Below, piece after piece: positions 58,969 through 64,000 of a stretch of 64,000 nt of DNA (its first letter is position 1; the number at the start of each line of letters is the position of its first letter). A program made the translations under genes and the position numbers. The stretch is from positions 1,184,001-1,248,000 of the forward strand of contig OZ241863.1 in NCBI GenBank assembly GCA_965203055.1, read 5' to 3'. The DNA comes from Spirochaetia bacterium. Its GTDB lineage: Bacteria; Spirochaetota; Spirochaetia; SZUA-6; Bin103. A model generated the notes under the pieces. It worked only from the letters and a program-made list of their open reading frames with translations. It searched no databases and was not told the DNA's origin.

Positions 58969-59895
58969 GTGTCGAAACTGTTTGACAATGCCGTCCAGTC
59001 GATCAAACTTGGGCTTGAGGACTATGAAGCGAACGACCCGACGCGGACGCTGTCTGCAATTCGCAACTTCTATGCAGGCCTGCTGCTACTCTCAAAGGAA
59101 GTCCTTGTACGGGCCGTACCCGGTGCCGATGAATGGGATGTTATAGCTGCCAATTATAAGCCCAAGCGCAACAGAGCAGGCGTCATAAAATATGTCCCAC
59201 GAGGCAAGGTCAGTATCGACCTGAATGGTATCGGGGAACGCTTTAACGACTTTGGATTGAATATTGACAAAGAGGCGCTGAAAAAGATCGGTAATATTCG
59301 CAATAATGTCGAGCACTACTTCTCGACGGAGAAGAACGATTCCATGCGATTGTTGATCGCCGCAGCGTTCCCCGTTGCCTACGAGTTGTTTCTTCAGGCT
59401 GGTGAAGAACCCCATCAAGTCCTAGGAGACGCGTGGGAGACGATGTTGGAAGAACGTACGATCTACGATAAGGAACAGAACGAGTGTTCTAAGACATTCT
59501 ACAAGATCGACTGGGTATCCGATATCTTGTCCACCGTACACTTGGTTTGCCCGGAGTGCCAGTCCGATTTGGTGGCACAAAAAGACAGCGGAAACACGAA
59601 TAAACAAGAGATTGATGCTGAATGTCGCTCGTGTGAAGTGACGATCAGCGCCGAAAGGTTGATCCAAAATATGGCTATTCATCTGGATAGTGGCGATGGA
59701 ACTTTGCGGACGTGTCCAGAATGTAGCTTAGCTACCTACATCATGAATGACGATGGCAAAGACGAAATCGGATGTGTTTGGTGCGAATGTAAGCTGGGTA
59801 ATTGCAAATCCTGCGACAGTAAACTAACGCCGGATTACGTTGGTGAACGTAACGACCTGTGTTTTTACTGCGAATATAATCTGGAAGGGGACTAA
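58969..59895 (+). CDS. Putative HEPN-like nuclease with C-terminal zinc ribbons
   Basis: GAGGAG RBS; helical N-domain with RxxxxH 'RNNVEH'; six CxxC pairs; markedly AT-richer than flanks. Confidence 0.7.
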   Translation: MSKLFDNAVQSIKLGLEDYEANDPTRTLSAIRNFYAGLLLLSKEVLVRAVPGADEWDVIAANYKPKRNRAGVIKYVPRGKVSIDLNGIGERFNDFGLNIDKEALKKIGNIRNNVEHYFSTEKNDSMRLLIAAAFPVAYELFLQAGEEPHQVLGDAWETMLEERTIYDKEQNECSKTFYKIDWVSDILSTVHLVCPECQSDLVAQKDSGNTNKQEIDAECRSCEVTISAERLIQNMAIHLDSGDGTLRTCPECSLATYIMNDDGKDEIGCVWCECKLGNCKSCDSKLTPDYVGERNDLCFYCEYNLEGD

Positions 59896-59969
59896 TTCTG
59901 ACCTCGTCAAGGAATGAACGGATTCCTGCGGTAAAGGCTAACGTCCTGCGGTTCGCGCCCGGCGCACGG

Positions 59970-62756
59970 GTGCGCCACGCCGAGTTCGGCGACGGAGTGG
60001 TGATCGGCGCGGTGCGCGGCGGGTACCTGCGGGTATTCTTCGGCGACGGCGAACGGGAGATCCCGGTCGCGGCCGCCCTGCCATCCGTGCCGCGGGCCGA
60101 GCGCGTGCTGGCGGGAGTGGAGGGGAGCGCGGAGCGCCTGCGGCAGGCGTGGCTGGCGTGCGAGGCGCATGCGCTGCCGCTGGCGGAGAACGCCGCGGCG
60201 TTGACCGCGGCGCCGATCGACCTGCTCCCGCACCAGATCGTCCTGACCCACCGGATCGCGACCGCCTCGCCGCGGCGTTACCTGATCGCCGACGAAGTGG
60301 GGCTGGGCAAGACCATCGAGGTGGCGCTGCTGCTGCGCGAGCTGGCCAGCCGCGGCGAGCTGCGCCGCGCCTTGATGGTGGTGCCGGCCGGACTGGTCAA
60401 TAACTGGCACCGGGAACTCAACGAGGTCTTCAACCTGCAGTTCGAGGTGTTCGGCAGCGAGGGCGACGTCACCGACCGCAAGTCGAACGCGTTCGCCAGG
60501 CACGACCGGCTCATCGCCAGCATCGATACCCTGAAGCGGCGCGCCCGGGTGCGGCGCCTGCTCGCTGCGCCGCGCTGGGACCTAGTGGTGTTCGACGAAG
60601 CGCACCACCTGACGGCGCAGCGCTCCGGCCGCACGGTGCGCAAGACCGCGAACTACAAGCTGGCCGAGGCGTTGAAGAACCACGCCCGCGATCTGATCCT
60701 GCTGTCCGCCACGCCGCATCAGGGCGACCACTTCCGCTTCTGGATGCTGGTGCAGCTCCTCAACCCGACGTTGTTCGCCGGCCCCGGCGAGATGGTGGCG
60801 CAGCGCCATCGCCTCAATACGGTCGTGCTGCGCCGCACCAAGGCCGACGCCTGCCGCCCGGACGGCTCGCCGCTGTTCGCGCGCCGCGGGGTGCACACCG
60901 AATCGTTCACCATGACCGGCGCCGAGCGCTCCTTCTACGGCGCGTTGCGGGAATACCTGGAAGAGGGGTTCGCGCTGGCGCAGCGGCAGGGCAATCAGGG
61001 GCGCGCCCTCGGCTTCGTCATGACCATCTTCCAGAAGATCGCCGCCTCCAGCTTCGCGGCCGTGCGCCGCACGCTGCGCCGCCGCTTGCTGATGCTCACC
61101 CTGCACGAGGCGATCCTCAAGGACCGGGAGCTCGACCTCGACGCCCGCACCGCGCTGCACGACGAAGCGCGCGACCTGATCCATGAGGATCAGCGCATCC
61201 CGCGCGGCGATCCGGTGTCCCGCGGCCGCGCGGACGCCGTGCTGGCCGACCTCAAGGTGCGCCTGCTCAAGCGCCTGGACGAGGAGGAGCTGGCCCGCGC
61301 GTCCGACGCCGGCGCGGGCGAGGAGAGCGCCGCGGCCGGCGAGGACGCCGCCGCCATGGCGGTCAACCTGGCGCTGCCGGAGGAACGCCTGCGCATCCGC
61401 GACCTGCTGGCGCGCTTTCCGGAGACGCGCGAAACCAAGGTCGCCAAGCTGTTGCGCGGCCTGGGCGCGCTGTGGGAGCAGAATCCGCGCGAGAAGGTGG
61501 TGATCTTCGCCACCTATCTCGGCACGGTCGAGCTGCTCGGCGCCGAGATCGAGCGCGCCTGTCCCGGCCAGGGCGTGGTGGTGCTGCGGGGCGGGGACCA
61601 CGGCGCCAAGCTGGCCGCCGAACGCCGCTTCCGCCGCGCCGACGGGCCGCGCGCGCTGGTCTGCACCGCCGCCGGGCGCGAAGGCATCAACCTGCAGGTG
61701 GCGCGCGTGCTGTTCAACTTCGATCTGCCGTGGAATCCGATGGACGTCGAGCAGCGCATCGGGCGCATCCATCGCTATGGCCAGCAGCACACGGCGCAGG
61801 TCTACAACCTGGTGCTGTCGGACACCATCGAGGGCCGCATCTTCCTGCTGCTCAAGGACAAGTTGGAGGAGATCGCGCGCACGCTTGGCAAGCTCGACGA
61901 GCAGGGCAACGTCGCCGAGGACCTGCGCACGCAGATTCTGGGGCAGCTCGCCGAGCGGCTCACCTACGACGCCCTCTACCGGGAGGCGCTCTCCGACCCG
62001 GAGCTGCGGCGCACCCGGCAGGAACTGGACGCCGCCATGGCCAACGCCAGCGAAGCGCGCAAGGTGGTGTTCGAGCTGTTCCAGGACCTGGACCGGTTCT
62101 CCCTCGACGACTACCGCCCGTTCGCCAACGTGGACGCCGGGTTCGACCGCATCGTTCGCTTCCTCGGCGCCGCGCTGGCGGAACAGGGCCAGTCGCTGCG
62201 GCGGCTCGACGGAACCACGTTCGCACTCGTCTCGGGGGAGGTCACCGAGGAGGCGCGGTTCACGACCGATCGGGAGCAGGCCCGCGCGCAGGAAGATCTG
62301 GAACTGATCGGCCTCGACCATCCGCTGCTGGTGGCCGCGCTGCGCCGCTGGCAGCGCCTGGAGCCGGAGCAACTCGGCGCCGCGGTGGCCGGCGGCGTGG
62401 AAGCCGGCGGCGCGGCGGGCGGGAACGGCGCGGCGGTCGTCTCGTGGTGGTCGATCCGCATCGACGGCGGGGACGGCGAGCGCCGCTCGCTGGTGCAGCC
62501 GCTGGCCGTCGCCGCCGACGGCCGGCGCCTCCCGCAGTTGGAACGCGAAGGCGCCGGCCTGTTCCGGCGCGCCCCCGGCCCGCCGGCCTTGGCGCCGGCG
62601 CAGCGGCGCGCGCTGTTGCGCGACGCCCTGGAGCCGATGATCCGGCGCGAGCTGGACCAGCGCGGCCTGGTCACCGCCGCCGGCGGCTACACCGCCAAGC
62701 TGGTCGGCTGGATCGAACTTGCCGGCAACGGCGCGGCGGGACAGGGGCCAGGTTAA
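59970..62756 (+). CDS. SNF2/RapA-like helicase
   Basis: 'IADEVGLGKT', 'FDEAHH', 'LSATP', 'EGINLQ', 'EQRIGRIHRYGQ'; true start may lie slightly upstream. Confidence 0.92.
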   Translation: MRHAEFGDGVVIGAVRGGYLRVFFGDGEREIPVAAALPSVPRAERVLAGVEGSAERLRQAWLACEAHALPLAENAAALTAAPIDLLPHQIVLTHRIATASPRRYLIADEVGLGKTIEVALLLRELASRGELRRALMVVPAGLVNNWHRELNEVFNLQFEVFGSEGDVTDRKSNAFARHDRLIASIDTLKRRARVRRLLAAPRWDLVVFDEAHHLTAQRSGRTVRKTANYKLAEALKNHARDLILLSATPHQGDHFRFWMLVQLLNPTLFAGPGEMVAQRHRLNTVVLRRTKADACRPDGSPLFARRGVHTESFTMTGAERSFYGALREYLEEGFALAQRQGNQGRALGFVMTIFQKIAASSFAAVRRTLRRRLLMLTLHEAILKDRELDLDARTALHDEARDLIHEDQRIPRGDPVSRGRADAVLADLKVRLLKRLDEEELARASDAGAGEESAAAGEDAAAMAVNLALPEERLRIRDLLARFPETRETKVAKLLRGLGALWEQNPREKVVIFATYLGTVELLGAEIERACPGQGVVVLRGGDHGAKLAAERRFRRADGPRALVCTAAGREGINLQVARVLFNFDLPWNPMDVEQRIGRIHRYGQQHTAQVYNLVLSDTIEGRIFLLLKDKLEEIARTLGKLDEQGNVAEDLRTQILGQLAERLTYDALYREALSDPELRRTRQELDAAMANASEARKVVFELFQDLDRFSLDDYRPFANVDAGFDRIVRFLGAALAEQGQSLRRLDGTTFALVSGEVTEEARFTTDREQARAQEDLELIGLDHPLLVAALRRWQRLEPEQLGAAVAGGVEAGGAAGGNGAAVVSWWSIRIDGGDGERRSLVQPLAVAADGRRLPQLEREGAGLFRRAPGPPALAPAQRRALLRDALEPMIRRELDQRGLVTAAGGYTAKLVGWIELAGNGAAGQGPG

Positions 62757-62785
62757 GGTATGCTGCCGTCCATGCGGGAGGCTCC

Positions 62786-64000
62786 ATGAGCACGCCGCGC
62801 ATACGGTTTTCCGCCGACATCCTGCGCCGACTGGGCGAGGAGCTGAATCCCCACTTGGACAAGGGGATCGTGGAGCTGGTCAAGAACTCCTACGACGCGG
62901 ACGCGACCTGGTGCCGCATCGAGATGCGCGGAACCGACCGCGCCGGCGGCACCATCATCGTTACCGATAACGGCGACGGCATGACGCCGTTCGAGATCGA
63001 ACAGGGGTGGCTGGTGCTGGGAAGTTCCACCAAGAACGCAGCGCGACGTACGCGGTTGGGGCGCATTCCGGCCGGCAGCAAGGGGTTGGGGCGGCTGGCG
63101 GCCCTGCGCATGGGAACGCGCGCGCTGCTGACCGCCAGACCGCGGACCCATCCTGCGGACGAGTACCGGCTACCGATCGACTGGCGCGCGTTCGAGGCCA
63201 CGGAGCTGGTCGATGACGTAGCGCTGAATATCGACCATGCCGTGAGGTCACCGGACGCCGGCCCCGGCACCGAGATCAGGATCCAGGGATTGCGCAAGCG
63301 GATACAGCGCATGGAGGTCAAGCGTCTGGCGCGCGAACTGATCCTGCTTGCCGATCCGTTCGGCGGCGATCCCGCCGGGTTCGCGCCCACGCTGATCGCG
63401 CCCGACTTCGAAGACTTGGCCCGGCTGGTGCGGAATCGATACTTCGACGATGCCGAGTACCATCTGGCCGCCGGCGTCGACGCGAGCGGCCGCGCGACCG
63501 CGGCGGTGGTCGACTGGAGGGGCCGGCGCCTGTTCAGCGCGGGCCATGACGAGATCGCCGCGGCCGGCGCAGGCCGGCCCTACCACTGTCCCGCGGTCCG
63601 CTTCGACCTTTGGGTCTTCATTCTGAATCGCGCCACCTTCTCCACGAGAACCAGCACCCTGCAGGAAGTACGTCACTGGTTGGGTGAGTTCGGCGGCGTG
63701 CACGTCTATCACAATGGGCTGCGGGTGATGCCGTACGGCAACCCCGGCAACGACTGGTTGGAGATGAACCTGCGGCGCGTGCGCAGTCCGGAGGAACGGC
63801 CGGGAACGAATACCTCCATCGGCCGCGTCGTGGTGACCGATACCGATGCCCGGCTCGTCCAGAAGACCGACCGTTCCGGGTACGTCGAGGAGGAAGCGTT
63901 TACCGATCTGGTGCGATTCGCCCAGGACGCCCTGGATTGGATGGCCAACCGGCGGATGGAGGCAGCGGAGCGGCGCCGCGCCAAGGTGCGTGGCTTCGTC
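62786..64000 (+). CDS. Second MORC-like GHKL ATPase (3' end outside window)
   Basis: Not in ORF track; GGGAGG RBS, 'MSTPRIRFSADILRRLGEEL...VELVKNSYDADA...DNGDGM...GSKGLGRLA'. Confidence 0.85.
   Translation, partial: MSTPRIRFSADILRRLGEELNPHLDKGIVELVKNSYDADATWCRIEMRGTDRAGGTIIVTDNGDGMTPFEIEQGWLVLGSSTKNAARRTRLGRIPAGSKGLGRLAALRMGTRALLTARPRTHPADEYRLPIDWRAFEATELVDDVALNIDHAVRSPDAGPGTEIRIQGLRKRIQRMEVKRLARELILLADPFGGDPAGFAPTLIAPDFEDLARLVRNRYFDDAEYHLAAGVDASGRATAAVVDWRGRRLFSAGHDEIAAAGAGRPYHCPAVRFDLWVFILNRATFSTRTSTLQEVRHWLGEFGGVHVYHNGLRVMPYGNPGNDWLEMNLRRVRSPEERPGTNTSIGRVVVTDTDARLVQKTDRSGYVEEEAFTDLVRFAQDALDWMANRRMEAAERRRAKVRGFV

Noticed and set aside
45344..62756. Canonical BREX type 1 or DISARM call
   Set aside because: No recognisable PglX, BrxL, BrxA or DrmA/DrmB; the methylase is DUF1156-type and PglZ is much shorter than usual

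Overview
High-GC bacterial genomic window. The organism is possibly a host-associated spirochaete-like lineage, a weak inference from the 'YANGEGED' signal-peptide style of an ABC solute-binding protein. No rRNA, tRNA or CRISPR array was recognised. Left part (1-11.8 kb): anti-sigma/anti-anti-sigma pair, small protein plus retropepsin pair, RCK-gated channel with a non-canonical filter, M23 peptidase, MNT-HEPN toxin-antitoxin, a type III-like restriction-modification pair, a truncated HNH-family gene enclosed by insertion-sequence ends, and a Uma2 nuclease. Middle (11.9-45.2 kb): housekeeping and catabolic genes (M16 protease, sialidase-like protein, aminotransferase, amidase, cupin, 2-hydroxyacid dehydrogenase, hisS, two sugar ABC sets with one truncated binding protein). 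It also holds three tandem mosaic AAA-ATPase/PD-(D/E)xK paralogues, a 14-repeat lipoprotein preceded by a G18 tract, a complete ISKra4-like IS with TIRs and a 9-bp target duplication, uxuA, a corrinoid-dependent methyltransferase operon and a second Uma2. Right part (45.3-64 kb): a co-oriented defence island. Its backbone is BREX-related (DUF499-like ATPase, short PglZ-like protein, DUF1156-type adenine methyltransferase, small protein, SNF2 helicase). Two lower-GC cassettes sit inside it (Vsr + C5 methylase + MORC-ATPase/histidine-kinase fusion + receiver protein; and a HEPN/zinc-ribbon gene), and a second MORC-like ATPase runs off the window end. All family assignments come from motif reading by eye, not database searches.
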